A stretch of DNA of 63,847 nucleotides, filler included, from Octopus bimaculoides (taxonomy: Eukaryota), in the NCBI RefSeq assembly GCF_001194135.2. It is 7 parts of 7 records of this genome, joined end to end, with 100 filler letters (N's around TTAATTAATTAA, not from the genome) between each part and the next. Parts side by side here need not be neighbours in the genome. Positions count along the whole stretch, not along the records: positions 29,836 to 56,867 come from NC_069005.1; positions 56,968 to 59,796 come from NC_068987.1; positions 59,897 to 62,685 come from NC_068985.1; 4 more parts are not named here. The stretch is one strand, 5' to 3'. Under the pieces are notes generated by a model that was not told the origin of the DNA, did no database searches, and worked only from the letters and a program-made list of their open reading frames with translations. The translations under genes and the position numbers were made by a program. Positions within the stretch are counted from its first letter, which is position 1. The number at the start of each line of letters is the position of its first letter. Positions 49,790 through 61,620 of this stretch are shown here, piece by piece.

Positions 49790-50375
49790 AGGATAGGATG
49801 TGGCTGTGATTCAACGGTCCAGGCTTGTCACACACAGTGCCATGGGATTATGTGTTGATGGAATACTTGTACATATAGGCTTATAATCCAAGATGGGTTG
49901 TACCTGTGATTACCTGGAGTTTCGCTGTACTCAAGAAGATCCATCCTATCCTCCACAGCAGAAGTGTTAAGGCCATTCCCCCTGCTGATGAAGTGGATTG
50001 GCCTGTGCTGGAGTTGCGTAAAAAGCACTCGTGCCAGTGCCACTAGGCGGCACTCGTGCTGTTAAAACGTTAAGACCACCCGGCACACACTGTAAAATGG
50101 TTGGCATTAGGAAGAACATCCAATCCATCTGGAGAGACCAAACCGGATCAGACTGGAACTTGGTGTACTTCTCTGGCTTGCTAGTGCCTGTCAAACTGTC
50201 CAATTTATGCCAAACAGACATTAAAGGAGGAGGAGTTCAAATTCTGCCGAGGTCGCCTTTGCCTTTCATCCTTTCGATAAATTAAGTACCAGTTATGCAC
50301 TGGGGTCAATGTAATCGACTTAATCCCTTGTTTGTCCTCTATGTTTGGCCCCTTGTGGGCAATAAAGAAATAAGA
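49790..50375 (+). mobile_element. Family D retroposon fragment followed by the 3' part of a SINE A
   Basis: GTTGGCATTAGGAAGAACATCC, then GTTCAAATTCTGCCGAGGTCG...GGCAATAAAGAAATAAG. Confidence 0.7.
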
Positions 50376-51101
50376 TAGACTGTACTTGTAATCCATATAT
50401 ATATATATACACGTATATATATGCATTTATATACATTCATACATACATACATACATTCATATATACATACATATATACATGCATACACACACACACACAT
50501 ATATATATACATACATACACACACAAACACAATATACACACAATATACACACACACACACACAAATGGCCCAGACTTCTCAGACCACACACACTCAAAAC
50601 TTTGTTGCCCTGAATCTACATGGGAGTCCTGATAAGAGTACAAGCACTCATGAAATAATAATTAGTCATTCACACTCTAAAACAATGACCAGGTGGTTTC
50701 ATTCACTGAACAGCTGGGACACGCTTTGTCGGAATTAATGAGGGAGATCCACCGCAAACAAAAGGGGCAAAAAAAAAAAAAGACTTAATCACTGAAATAT
50801 CAAAAGAAAATATGTCATCAAGGAATACAGAATACAAATAGATAATCAAGGTCGTGGTGAGAATGATGATGATGATCATGATGGTGGTGGTGGTGGTATC
50901 AGGGTTTTCCATATTCTAATTGTTTAACTGAATGAGAATGTTCACACTGTTTAATTCTCACCATAAATTTTCCTTTATCTTGTCTCAAAATTCCGATTAG
51001 TTATGTCTCTTGTTAGTTGTTTTGACTAATTATGTCTCAGGCTTACTTTACCACCAAAGACATTCTAGCCTTGACTACCTGCAACACTCTAACCACTAGA
51101 C

Positions 51102-51385
51102 CAGGGTTTTCAAACTTTTTGACTTGCGGACCCCTTTATATTTCAGGCTTTACCTTATAAACGCTTATGAAATTTATACATAAATATTTGCTTAAAATAA
51201 CATATATTTTTACATTTGTTTATTTAACAGTATTTAACAAATAGGTTTATTGTCAATTAAAAGATTTCGATTAAAAACCATATATAAAATCAAATTGCCC
51301 ATAAAAAGTATTTGCTGTCCACGGACCCCCTGTCTTGTCCTTGCGGACCCCCTGTGGTCCGCGGACCACAGTTTGAAAACCACTG
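51102..51385. mobile_element. hAT-Charlie-type MITE (284 bp) with a perfect 8-bp TSD
   Basis: TIRs CAG(T)GGTTTTCAAACT / AGTTTGAAAACCACTG; TSD CACTAGAC at 51094-51101 and 51386-51393, with the central CTAG typical of Charlie targets. Confidence 0.93.
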
Positions 51386-51439
51386 CACTAGACTATACAC
51401 CTCCACACACACACACACGTATATAGTTTTAGTTCTACC

Positions 51440-51708
51440 CCATACTTCAAAAGCATAATTACACACAATGCAAACACAACAACAGGAAGCCAGCTGTTCC
51501 TGCAGTGACAATGACTTGTGCCCGCTAAATGGAGCCTGTATGACTGAGGCCATTATTTATGAAGCCACAGTAAGTTCCACAAACGCTAATAATACAGTTT
51601 CATCCAAGAGATGTATGAGTCTCACAGAGGGAAATTTCAAAGCAAGATTCAACAATCACACCTAAAGCTTCAGACACTGGAATAAATAAAAACTATGAAA
51701 TTATCCAG

Positions 51709-51710
<2 letters not shown>
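51440..51710 (+). mobile_element. Penelope GIY-YIG endonuclease fragment
   Basis: CSCSDNDLCPLNGACMTEAIIYEATV...LTEGNFKARFNNHT*SFR...KLSSYI. Confidence 0.85.
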
Positions 51711-51746
<36 letters not shown>

Positions 51747-52168
51747 NNNNNNNNNNNNNNNNNNNNNNNNNNNNNNNNNNNNNNNNNNNNNNNNNNNNNN
51801 NNNNNNNNNNNNNNNNNNNNNNNNNNNNNNNNNNNNNNNNNNNNNNNNNNNNNNNNNNNNNNNNNNNNNNNNNNNNNNNNNNNNNNNNNNNNNNNNNNNN
51901 NNNNNNNNNNNNNNNNNNNNNNNNNNNNNNNNNNNNNNNNNNNNNNNNNNNNNNNNNNNNNNNNNNNNNNNNNNNNNNNNNNNNNNNNNNNNNNNNNNNN
52001 NNNNNNNNNNNNNNNNNNNNNNNNNNNNNNNNNNNNNNNNNNNNNNNNNNNNNNNNNNNNNNNNNNNNNGGGGGGGGGGTGAGAGAGAGAAAGCAAGAGT
52101 GGAATGGATGAACAGACAGAGAAGAAATTAACAACAACATCCATTAGAACTAAATTTCCTCCTCTTAC

Positions 52169-52275
52169 CAGAATCTCTTTTAATCCTGTTACCATAAAGA
52201 GACTGTTGCCGAAAGTTTAATGCAGAATTTGCTGTTTTGTTAATCCTTTTTGTCAATGGAACGACTTTGATTCCT
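52169..52275 (-). CDS. NOL7: NOL7-like gene, exon 5: (R)GIKVVPLTKRINKTANSALNFRQQSLYGNRIKRDS
   Basis: Long pyrimidine tract with TTCCAG acceptor and G|GTAAGA donor; the A..F....LYG..I.R motif matches the NOL7 C-terminal region. Confidence 0.88.
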
Positions 52276-52369
52276 CTGGAAGAATGAAAAAAGAAATATT
52301 GGTCATCACTGAATGGTCACATAACAAAGAATTAGTGTATTTTCCAGTATACAAATTGACACAGTATTA

Positions 52370-52830
52370 CTACCCACAAGAGGCTAAACATAGAGGAGAC
52401 AAACAAGGACAGACAAACGGATTAAGTCGATTATATCGACCCCAGTGCATAACTGGTACTTATTTAATCGACCTCCAAAAGGATGAAAGGCAAAGTCGAC
52501 CTTGGCGGAATTTGAACTCAGAACATAATGGCAGACGAAATACCGCTAAGCATTTCGCTCGGCATTCTCTAACATTTCTGCCAGCTCGCCGCCTCATCAT
52601 CATCATCGTTTAACGTCCGCTTTCCATGCTAGCATGGGTTAGTCGATTTGACTGAGGACTGGTGAAACCGGATGGCAACACCAGGCTCCAATCTGAGTTT
52701 CTACAGCTGGATGCCCTTCTTAAAAGCCAACCACTCAGAGAGTGTAGTGGGTGCTTTTACGTGTCACCCGCACGAAGGCCAGTCAGGCGGTACTGGCAAC
52801 GGCAACGCTCAAAATGGTGTATTTTATTAG
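52370..52830 (-). mobile_element. SINE family A (52370-52592) abutting a family D tail (52596-52830)
   Basis: Family consensus matches. Confidence 0.85.
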
Positions 52831-53137
52831 TGTAAACATTCAAACATCACCACCATCTTTCCAAATCCTGCTGCATTTCACACAGTAGAACACAGTATTA
52901 AGTTTAAAAAAACGTTTAATATACTTTGAAGCATATCATGGTTGCATAACAAAATACAGTGTCCCTACAGGTCATTAACAGTTGAAAGCTAATTTTCAGT
53001 CTCTCCGATGAAGGGACACAATCGAAATGGCAGATTACTCTTTGCAGCATCAATAACAACATCAACAACAATAATAATAATCATAAATAACAACAACAAC
53101 AACATTATAATAAGATATAACTTAAGAGGATAAAGAC

Positions 53138-53204
53138 CTGGTTAAGGGGATGAAATTTTCATCTTCTGTAAACTCCACTTCATCTTCTCTATCTGACGGA
53201 TTAT
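53138..53204 (-). CDS. NOL7: NOL7-like gene, exon 4: (D)NPSDREDEVEFTEDENFIPLT
   Basis: Acceptor TTTCAG; the weak donor AG|GTCTTT gives exactly the phase (1 in, 2 out) needed to join exons 3 and 5. Confidence 0.75.
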
Positions 53205-53403
53205 CTGAAATTAATAAAATTAAATGTTTTTAGGCTGTTCTCTCCACCATCACCACAACCATTGTCAGCATGGTTCATTACTAAAAGTAGATGCAATAGA
53301 GTGATATAGTCAAGTCAAACCTGAAATGAAACAGCTACTGCAATTGGCAGAATCCACTTGGCTGCAAGTAGGAATAAGTTTGGAACAATCTATGTGTCAG
53401 CTG

Positions 53404-53985
53404 GTACCACAGAGTGGTACAGTGTACCCAGCCGCAAGAAGATACCACAATGAAGTGCAGTCCACCTAGTTAAAAGGAGGTACCACAGTGAGGTAGTACA
53501 GTCCACTGAGCTATAAATAGGCACCACAGAGAGGTGCAGTCCACCAAGCTGTAAGAAGGTACCACAGAAAGGTACAGTCTACCAAGTTGTAACAAGGTGC
53601 CACAGAAAGGTACAGTTCACCATGTTGTAGGGAGGTACCACTGAGAGGTACAGTCCACTCAGGTGTAAGAAGGCACCACAGTGAGGTACAGTCCACCAAG
53701 CTGTAAGGATGTACCACAGAGAGGCACAGTTCACCAAGCTGTAAGCAGGTACCACAGAGCGGCACAGTCCATCAAGTTGGAAGGAGGTACCACAGAGAGG
53801 CACAGTTCACCAAGCTGTAAGCAGGTACCACAGAGCGGCACAGTCCATGAAGTTGTAAGGAGGTACCACAGAGAGGCACAGTTCACCAAGCTGTAAGCAG
53901 GTACCACAGAGCGGCACAGTCCATCAAGTTGTAAGGAGGTACCAGAGAGAGGCACAGTTCACCAAGCTGTAAGGAGGTACCACAT
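53404..53985. repeat. 38-bp minisatellite, about 15 units, with an A/B 76-bp dimer in its right half
   Basis: A = GTACCACAGAGAGGCACAGTTCACCAAGCTGTAAGCAG and B = GTACCACAGAGCGGCACAGTCCATCAAGTTGTAAGGAG; they alternate from 53711. Confidence 0.95.
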
Positions 53986-54241
53986 AGACATTCCCATGGT
54001 GTGATGTTGTTCTTGTATAACACAAGGAGCCTTGATTGAATAGGACTATGATCAAAGACAATCCAATCATGACCGTCCACCTGAGAACCCAAGACCACAT
54101 TAACCAACATGTCTTTTACTAAGATGGTGGGTGTGTGATACAAATGAGATTTGGCTGCTATTTCTTGCAGATTGAGTGACCACGTTGAGAGCTCCCTTAT
54201 TTACTTGCGATGTTATATGAGTATTCAGTTATGGTTTATAC

Positions 54242-54395
54242 CTGTTTGTTTCTCTTCATCATCATCATCAATTTCATCATCATCATCATCATCATCACTA
54301 AATGCTGCTGGCAACTGTGGTACAGCTGTCTTTGAAACAGTTCCAGTCTCTGAAGACTTTTCGTCTAATACTTGAACTGCCTTCTGTTTTTCTAA
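54242..54395 (-). CDS. NOL7: NOL7-like gene, exon 3: LEKQKAVQVLDEKSSE...AFSDDDDDDDEIDDDDEEKQT
   Basis: Acceptor TTCTTCTTGCAG, donor G|GTATAA; 154 nt, phase 0 in and 1 out; acidic tract. Confidence 0.85.
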
Positions 54396-54444
54396 CTGCA
54401 AGAAGAAATATTATAATGAAACAAAACAATTATCTGTAACATTG

Positions 54445-54660
54445 GACTCAAATTTTGACACAAGGCTAGCAATTTTGGGAGAGGGGGGCAAGTTGATTAC
54501 ATCAGACCCTAGTATTTAACTGGTACTATTTTATCGACACCCCCGGAATGATGAAAGGAAAAGTCGACCTCGGCGGAATTTGAACTCAGAACGTAACGGC
54601 AGACGAAATACCGCTAAGCATTTCGCCCGGCGTGCTAACGTTTCTGCCAACTCGCCACCT
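54445..54660 (-). mobile_element. SINE family A in intron 2 of the NOL7-like gene
   Basis: Near-consensus copy. Confidence 0.9.
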
Positions 54661-54826
54661 TAGGATATCATTTCTGTTGTGGTGTGTGGGTCTTCTCAAG
54701 TACAGCAATGCACCACATACCTCAGGCCTGTGTCCCTTTATTCTTAAGTTTCAGCATTTTGATATTAGCTTTAAATACACACACACACACAAAAGACTCC
54801 AAGAAATATTTAAAAAAAACAATAAC

Positions 54827-55062
54827 CTTTTGCCGTGTGTTTCTTTCTTGAATTCGCTTTCTCTTCTCTTTCTTCTTTTCATTAATATCTCTGAGATTTT
54901 CATGCACCTGCCGTGCCGTTTCCAATGTGGCTTTCTTACTCGTGCTGAAGGTCACCTCTTCAGGTGCATCATCGCTATCATTGGACACATCTGCACCAGC
55001 CTCAGACAACTGTACCTCGTCTCCGTTTATTGAGAGGTCTCCCTCGGATTTTCTTTCGTACT
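54827..55062 (-). CDS. NOL7: NOL7-like gene, exon 2: (E)YERK...SDDAPEEVTFSTSKKATLETARQVHENLRDINEKKKEKRKRIQERNTRQK
   Basis: Acceptor TTCTTGATCAG, donor AAG|GTTATT. The DDAPEE.TF motif followed by a charged helix ending KEKRKR..E....QK parallels human NOL7 (DEAPEELTF...KEKRKRREELFIEQK). Confidence 0.9.
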
Positions 55063-56393
55063 CTGATCAAGAAATGAACGAACAAACATGAATGACATGA
55101 AACAAGTGATGTGGTGCTCCAGCAAGGCCACAGCCAGCTAGCTGGAATGGGTAAAGAAAGGTAAAGTAGAACTAAGTTTTTATGTAAATATTACTCCCCT
55201 TTCATAAATAGCAATTTATAACAGACGCACAAAAATATAAATTTGGAGAAGAAACAATCAATCAATCACATCGCAAATACCCCAATAAATTTCTAATTCT
55301 TTTTTGATCAATAGTAATGATTTATAACTTAGGTACAAGGAAGAAGGAATTTGTGGAGTAAAAACAGGTCATTAGATTGGCCCAGAGTATGTGTGTGTGT
55401 ATATATCTATACATATTAATTTGACATGGGCGATTCTTTCTCGTCTTGGGATTCACGGTCAAACGGGTGGGTGGAATTGCACGAAAAATTACACAGATGT
55501 GTAGAGGGATTTTACTTACTAATGAAGAAATGTAACTGAACTAGTGTGTGTTTATTACTGGCGTGATGACCCTCCCAACAGATTGCAAAATTAGTAGAGT
55601 AATCTCTTCTATTATAATTTCATTTACACTTCAGATGCCTTATAGGAATATATTGGTCATTTGTGTCCGTCTTTGCCCACAACTATGTTTGGTTTTTAAC
55701 TCCCTGGTATCAAACCTCTAGCTCCAAATCGCTTTGAATTAAAACAAGCTCTGTAAGATAGTTTTAAAAACAGGTGAAAATGAGAGAAAAGCAGCGTAAT
55801 AAAATATCAACATACGATAGATCTAATTAATTTTGTCTCTATACTGATGCTAGTGACGAAAGACGTCGAATTTTTAATGAGATTTTTGGGTCTTGTCGGT
55901 GATAACATTCTTTTATTAAAAGATTCTGAATATGTTTAGTTTTAAAAGTCAAAATCCATTAGATACGCAAATCATGTAGCAGTATATTAAAATACTATGG
56001 TAAATCTCTAATGATCATAGTTATGCCGTTTTATTTGATGAAAAAAAAAAGAAACAAGTACTTAATTACGTTGCTGTTTCCCACTGGCAACGATAAACAA
56101 AATAATTAACACCTAAAAATGTTTTCAATTTTAATTACGCCGCTCTTGTTCAATAGCTCAGGGGTTAATGAGGTTGAACAACGATCTTACATTTTACACG
56201 ACGAAAAACAAACAGTGTTACAGATTCGAGACAAAAGTTTAACAAATACAAATTTGATAAAACATGCCAACAACATAAACATAACGTGGTTTTAGATTTA
56301 GTCGATCGCGTGGTGAATTAAGAGAAAAAAAAGAATCTCATTGAAAATAAATGAAATAAAAAGAGAAATTTGTGAGTGCTGTATGACTGATAC

Positions 56394-56430
56394 CTGCAAG
56401 TTTAATCTTCTTCAGCTTGTATTTGGGCAT
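56394..56430 (-). CDS. NOL7: NOL7-like gene, exon 1 coding part: MPKYKLKKIKLA
   Basis: AAAATG start context and donor CAG|GTATCA; phase 1 fits exon 2. The six exons total 645 nt, i.e. 214 aa plus stop. Confidence 0.75.
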
Positions 56431-56560
56431 TTTCGTGTAGGTATAAGATTAACTAATTAATTGGTGAAAGTAATTGCATCGATGAAGACAACGTGAGTTC
56501 GGTGACACCGGAAGAGATAACCAGTAACAGGGAAATAACTCCGAATCACCTGCTTCGTGA
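56431..56560 (-). promoter_or_regulatory. Putative proximal promoter or 5' UTR of the NOL7-like gene
   Basis: Unique sequence upstream of the ATG with an ETS-like CCGGAAG near 56508-56514; supported by position only. Confidence 0.3.
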
Positions 56561-56598
56561 ATAGTCAGCTTCAGTTAGTTTAGTCCAGTCATTTGTTG

Positions 56599-56867
56599 TT
56601 GGCACTGCGCCGCTTACGACGCCGAGGGTTCCAGTTGATCCGATCAACGGAAACAGCCTGCTCGTGAAATTAACGTGCAAGTGACCGAGCACTCCACAGA
56701 CACGTGTACCCTTAACGTAGTTCTCGGGGATATTCAGCATGACACAGTGTGACAAGGCTGACCCTTTGAATTACAGGCACAACAGAAACAGGAAGTAAGA
56801 GTGAGAGAAAGTTGTGGTGAAAGAGTACAGCAGGGTTCGCCACCGTCCCCTGCCGGAGCCTCATAGA
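56599..56867 (-). mobile_element. SINE family C, cut by a linker gap
   Basis: Matches 44176-44535. Confidence 0.9.
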
Positions 56868-56967
56868 NNNNNNNNNNNNNNNNNNNNNNNNNNNNNNNNN
56901 NNNNNNNNNNNTTAATTAATTAANNNNNNNNNNNNNNNNNNNNNNNNNNNNNNNNNNNNNNNNNNNN

Positions 56968-57007
<40 letters not shown>

Positions 57008-57513
57008 ACTATCCCGAAATATCTGTTTCAACGAACAATTTCACATCAGGAATCTTGCAACACATATTCATAAACGTGTGTGTGTGTGGATACATACATA
57101 CATTTAGTGTTGACTGACGGAATAAAAAGCACTCAATACCATAGCAGTGGTTATTATTTTTTATCTTGGACAAGTCAGGTTCCCGCTACCCTGGAGTTTC
57201 GCCTGCGTGTTCAGATATTCTCGGGAGAGTTTATAAAATACGTATCGTGCCATCCATTTGTATATATCTATATATATATATATAACAGGAAAAACGATGG
57301 TTTTCCTATGAACTTCATTAACTTACAACTGTTTCTGCAATAAGATGCAGCGGACTCATTGCTGCGTGCCTAAATTATGTCCTATATGAAGTACAATTTT
57401 GGGGGGATAAAGAGAATTACAATTGTGCTAGGAATTACCAGTTAGAAAGTATACATACATACATACACACATACATACATACATACATACATACATACAT
57501 ACATACAAGCATC

Positions 57514-57546
<33 letters not shown>

Positions 57547-57964
57547 NNNNNNNNNNNNNNNNNNNNNNNNNNNNNNNNNNNNNNNNNNNNNNNNNNNNNN
57601 NNNNNNNNNNNNNNNNNNNNNNNNNNNNNNNNATATATATATAATACAAAATGGGACAAGAACGCAAAACATCCGGACAGTTAGGTGATACAAAAAAGGG
57701 ACAACAAAACATTCAGATAGACGATACGAAGAAAACAAGGACGAGTCGGGTCATTCGGAGTTTTTTTTCCTCAGTCAAGTTCCAGATTATCTTCGCAATT
57801 TCGGCTGGTTATACTCGAGGTTGCTCAAAATCTGGTCAGCCCCGAGGAAAAACTAAGCTAAGAGCATTAGATTCCTTGGAAGAAAGCAGCGAATGTATAC
57901 GAAAACAAGGACGGGAAAAAAAAAACAGAGAAGGTTACACAATACAAATAACAGGACATAACAT

Positions 57965-57983
57965 ACCTGCTCTCTCTCTCCTA

Positions 57984-58014
<31 letters not shown>

Positions 58015-58357
58015 CCTCTCTCTCTCTCTCTCACTATCTATCTATCTATCTATCGCTATCTCTCTATCACTCTATCTCTTTCTTCTTCTTCTTCTTCTTC
58101 TTCTTCTCTCTTACTCTTGCTTTCTTTCTCTCTTTCTTTCTCTCCTTCGCCTTCCTTTTCTTCTTCTTCTTCTCACTTCTTCTTTCTCTCCCTCACTTTC
58201 TTCTTCTTTCCTTCCTTCCTTCCTTCCTTCCTTCCTTTCTTTCTTTCTTTCTTTCTTTCTCTCTTTCCTCTCCTTCTCTCTCTCACCTTCTCACTTTTTC
58301 TCTTTCTCTTTCTCTCCTTCTCTCTCTCTCTATCTCTTTCTCTATATCTTTCTTCTT

Positions 58358-58390
<33 letters not shown>

Positions 58391-58502
58391 CTTGCTCTCC
58401 TCTCTTTCTTTCTCTCCCTCTTCTTCTTCTTCTTCTTCTTCTTCTCACTTTTTCGCTTCCTCTTTCTCTCCTTCTCTCTCTCTCTCTCTCTCTCTCACTC
58501 TC
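57965..58502. repeat. Long polypyrimidine (CT/CTT/CCTT)n low-complexity tract
   Basis: Read directly from the sequence; source of the F/S/L-rich ORFs. Confidence 0.95.
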
Positions 58503-59379
58503 ACCGACATTTTACACAAAACTAAAGTAATGAATTATTAATTAAGACAGGTGTTAATTAAAACAGATGGTAAAAACTGACATGTCTCTCACACTAAAAT
58601 ATGCCGTAACGATAGTTTTTTTTTTCCTCCTTGTTCATTCTCTTTAGTAGCAATAAAAAGAACCAGTGTATGTCCTTGATAATCAATCAAACCCTTCTCA
58701 GTTCGTACGGGACCTTGTGGGATCTATGTTGCACACAAACGGGATCTAGGCCACTGAGGCTAATAGTATTATTAGTCCCCATTTCTTTACCTCCCTATAC
58801 ATACATATACACGTACATGAATATATACATACGTGCATACATACATGCATATATATATCTATATATATATATATATATATGCAAAACTTCTATAATGGAT
58901 ATAACAGGCTTTAAAAAAATCATATACTCGGGTCGATTCATTCGATTGAAAATTCGTCAATGTGGTGCCCCAAAATGGCCGCATTAGACTGCGGCGCAGT
59001 CGAATGACAAAAACAATTAAGAATAAAAGATAAAAGATACATACATGCACACACACATATATCTCTATGTGTATGCATATATATTTACACACACACAATT
59101 GCATGCATGTTCATACATAAATAATACATACAAACATACACACACACANNNNNNNNNNNNNNNNNNNNNNNNNNNNNNNNNNNNNNNNNNNNNNNNNNNN
59201 NNNNNNNNNNNNNNNNNNNNNNNNNNNNNNNNNNNNNNNNNNNNNNNNAAATGTGTGTGGCTTTTGCTTTTATAGATGTGTAAGCGCTTTCAGTTCTTGA
59301 CGTTTTCAAGCACGTGTTATTACATATAGTGGAAGTTGTTTTCAGTAATATTGTTGTAGGCTATTTCCGGTTTAGTTTT

Positions 59380-59665
59380 GGACTCAGAAATCTTATGAAA
59401 TATTCTTCTTTTGCCTTCTTTTGGCAGATACACGTCTCATACCCAAAATCTTCAGTGATAATGAACTGAACTGAACTGAACAGTAACAAATCTGCATATC
59501 CTCTGATAATTCACGGATGGTGATTCGACGATTTCCCCTTACAGCTGCACGCACATCTGCGATGTCTTTCTCAGTTCTACTGGTTGCGTGTCACCCAGAA
59601 CTTCCTAAATATCGACAGTTTTTCGGCCATCTTGGAAACGTCTGAACCACTCGTACATTTGTGTG
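59380..59665 (-). pseudogene. Mariner transposase N-terminal fragment
   Basis: YEWFRRFQDGR..V, RTEKDIADVRAAVRGNRRITIRELSEDM, ITED.GMRRVSAK across frameshifts. Confidence 0.85.
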
Positions 59666-59896
59666 CGGTTCATACACTCCTCTCTATACACTTTCTGCTA
59701 CATTGCGTAGTCCTCTGAGCAGGTACCACCATGACAACTTTCTGCCATGGTCAATGCGACGATCACACACTACATACCTTCCTTCCAAGCACTGCTNNNN
59801 NNNNNNNNNNNNNNNNNNNNNNNNNNNNNNNNNNNNNNNNTTAATTAATTAANNNNNNNNNNNNNNNNNNNNNNNNNNNNNNNNNNNNNNNNNNNN

Positions 59897-59950
<54 letters not shown>

Positions 59951-60016
59951 CATACATACATATATGCATTCATGGACGCATACATACATACATACATACA
60001 TACATACATACATAGC

Positions 60017-60860
60017 AGAACAAGCAACTGGGAAGAAGGGGGTGTAGACATGTGCCGAGGTTAATCAATAAAACTGTAATGTCAGAGGTGCGAGAGCATA
60101 GGAGGAACCTAGTTTCAATGTGACTANNNNNNNNNNATGTGCCGAGGTTAATCAATAAAACTGTAATGTCAGAGGTGCGAGAGCATAGGAGGAACCTAGT
60201 TTCAATGTGACTAGACTACAAGAAAGCCTTTGACTTTATTCCCCACTCATGGATGCTAGAAGCCCTTCAACTTGTTAAAGTTCCAGTGAGAATAGTCAAA
60301 GCCATAACTGACCTGACTTTATCGTGGGCCACCATCTTGAAATTAAACACAAAGAGTGACTGTATTATCACCGATAGGTTACTGTATCGCAAAGGCATAT
60401 TCCAANNNNNNNNNNAGAGTGACTGTATTATCACCGATAGGTTACTGTATCGCAAAGGCATATTCCAAGGAGACAGCCTCTCTGTGATGTTGTTTATACT
60501 TTCTGTAAACCCCTTGTCATTCATGTTAAGGATGTCTGAAGGATATCTGACTGGTTCACATAAAAAAACAGAAATACCAAAACTACACACTGTTTCTTTG
60601 TGGATTACTTTATGAAAAGAATATGCATGAGATGAAAAAGAGCCTTGACCTAGTTACAACATTCTCAAAGGATGTAGGATTGGAGTTTGGTCAGGATAGA
60701 TGTTGTTATACGGTTGTGAAAAGAAGGAAAACTATAAACCAGACTAGTAACATCTCCATGAATGATTTGACTGTTTCTCCCGTTTCTGACGAGGAATGTT
60801 ACAGCTGTCTAGGGGTGGATGAAAATAGAACCGGTTCTTTCAATATTGGCAAGAAATCTT
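60017..60860 (+). mobile_element. Third Dong/R4-clade LINE RT fragment
   Basis: DYKKAFDFIPHSWMLEAL, KGIFQGDSLSVMLFILSVNPLSFML, LVTTFSKDVGLEFGQDRC; contains two artefactual duplications at 10-N gaps. Confidence 0.9.
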
Positions 60861-60996
60861 GAAATAAACTGAATAATGACATACATACATACATACCAGT
60901 AAACCACATGTGTAACTACCAAAGAAGTAGACCTCAATATCGTTGGGAATAAACGACTAAATTTTAAAATAACACAGGCATTTAATACCTATGTTC

Positions 60997-61179
60997 AGAA
61001 CTCCAAGTTTCTGGATAGCATCGACTGCGATTTTATTCTATTTTCGCTGTCGCTCCTCGTTTATCGTAACGTATTTAACACGTGTGTTTTTCTTGTATCA
61101 AACACTCTACGACAGCTAAGAAACGATAAGAAAAATCGAATAAAACTGTATTCGATGCTATCGAGAAACTCGGAGTTCT
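60997..61179. repeat. Foldback inverted repeat or MITE (arms about 42 bp)
   Basis: 60997-61038 pairs with 61138-61179 at about 83% identity by eye. Confidence 0.8.
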
Positions 61180-61620
61180 TAATCTATGTGTTACATGCTT
61201 GATAAGATAAGCGTTAAATTTACGGTCTTAAAGGGAAAATATACAAACATGTTGAGTAAATATTGAAATTAGTAGTGTACTTTCCGTTTCCTTTTTCATG
61301 TCTTCGATGTACTTCAATATAGTGGCATATTTGTCTGGTTAAACTATGGTAGAACCTGAAGATTTGAGGGATTCAATGCAACATATTGCTTAATCTTATA
61401 AATATTTCATGTCTATATTTATGCCTAATTGTATGATGCTATGTCACAATAATTTTTTTAATGAAACATTTGTAGGTAGACATTAAATTCCATTTGCCTG
61501 TTTTATCATGTGTGTTTGCGTGTGTGTCTCTGGGTGCGTGTGTGTGTGCGTGTGTACGCGCGTACACACGTACATACGTCTGTGTATGTGTTTGTGTATG
61601 TGTGCATGTTCGTCTGTGTA

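Noticed and set aside
50625-50660. CTGATAA-GAGT...ACTC-ATGAAA hammerhead look-alike
   Set aside because: The core is mutated, there are extra bases before GAAA, and no stems I or III are present.
53404-53985. 38-bp repeat array as CRISPR or coding repeat
   Set aside because: There are no unique spacers or cas genes, it lies in a eukaryotic intron, and the unit length is not a multiple of 3.
55563-55640. GTGATGA C-box suggesting an intronic snoRNA in the NOL7-like gene
   Set aside because: It is on the strand opposite to the host gene and has no D box or terminal stem.
56476-56488. GCATCGATGAAGA, identical to a conserved 5.8S rRNA 13-mer
   Set aside because: Similarity does not extend on either side; treated as a chance match.
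57651-58541. 296-aa ORF
   Set aside because: A repeat-like 5' part fused to a polypyrimidine tract; low-complexity artefact.
60050-60470. Exact direct duplications flanking 10-N gaps (also near 1148, 1296, 3509 and 3920)
   Set aside because: Typical overlapping contig ends at minimum-size gaps; assembly artefacts rather than tandem duplications.
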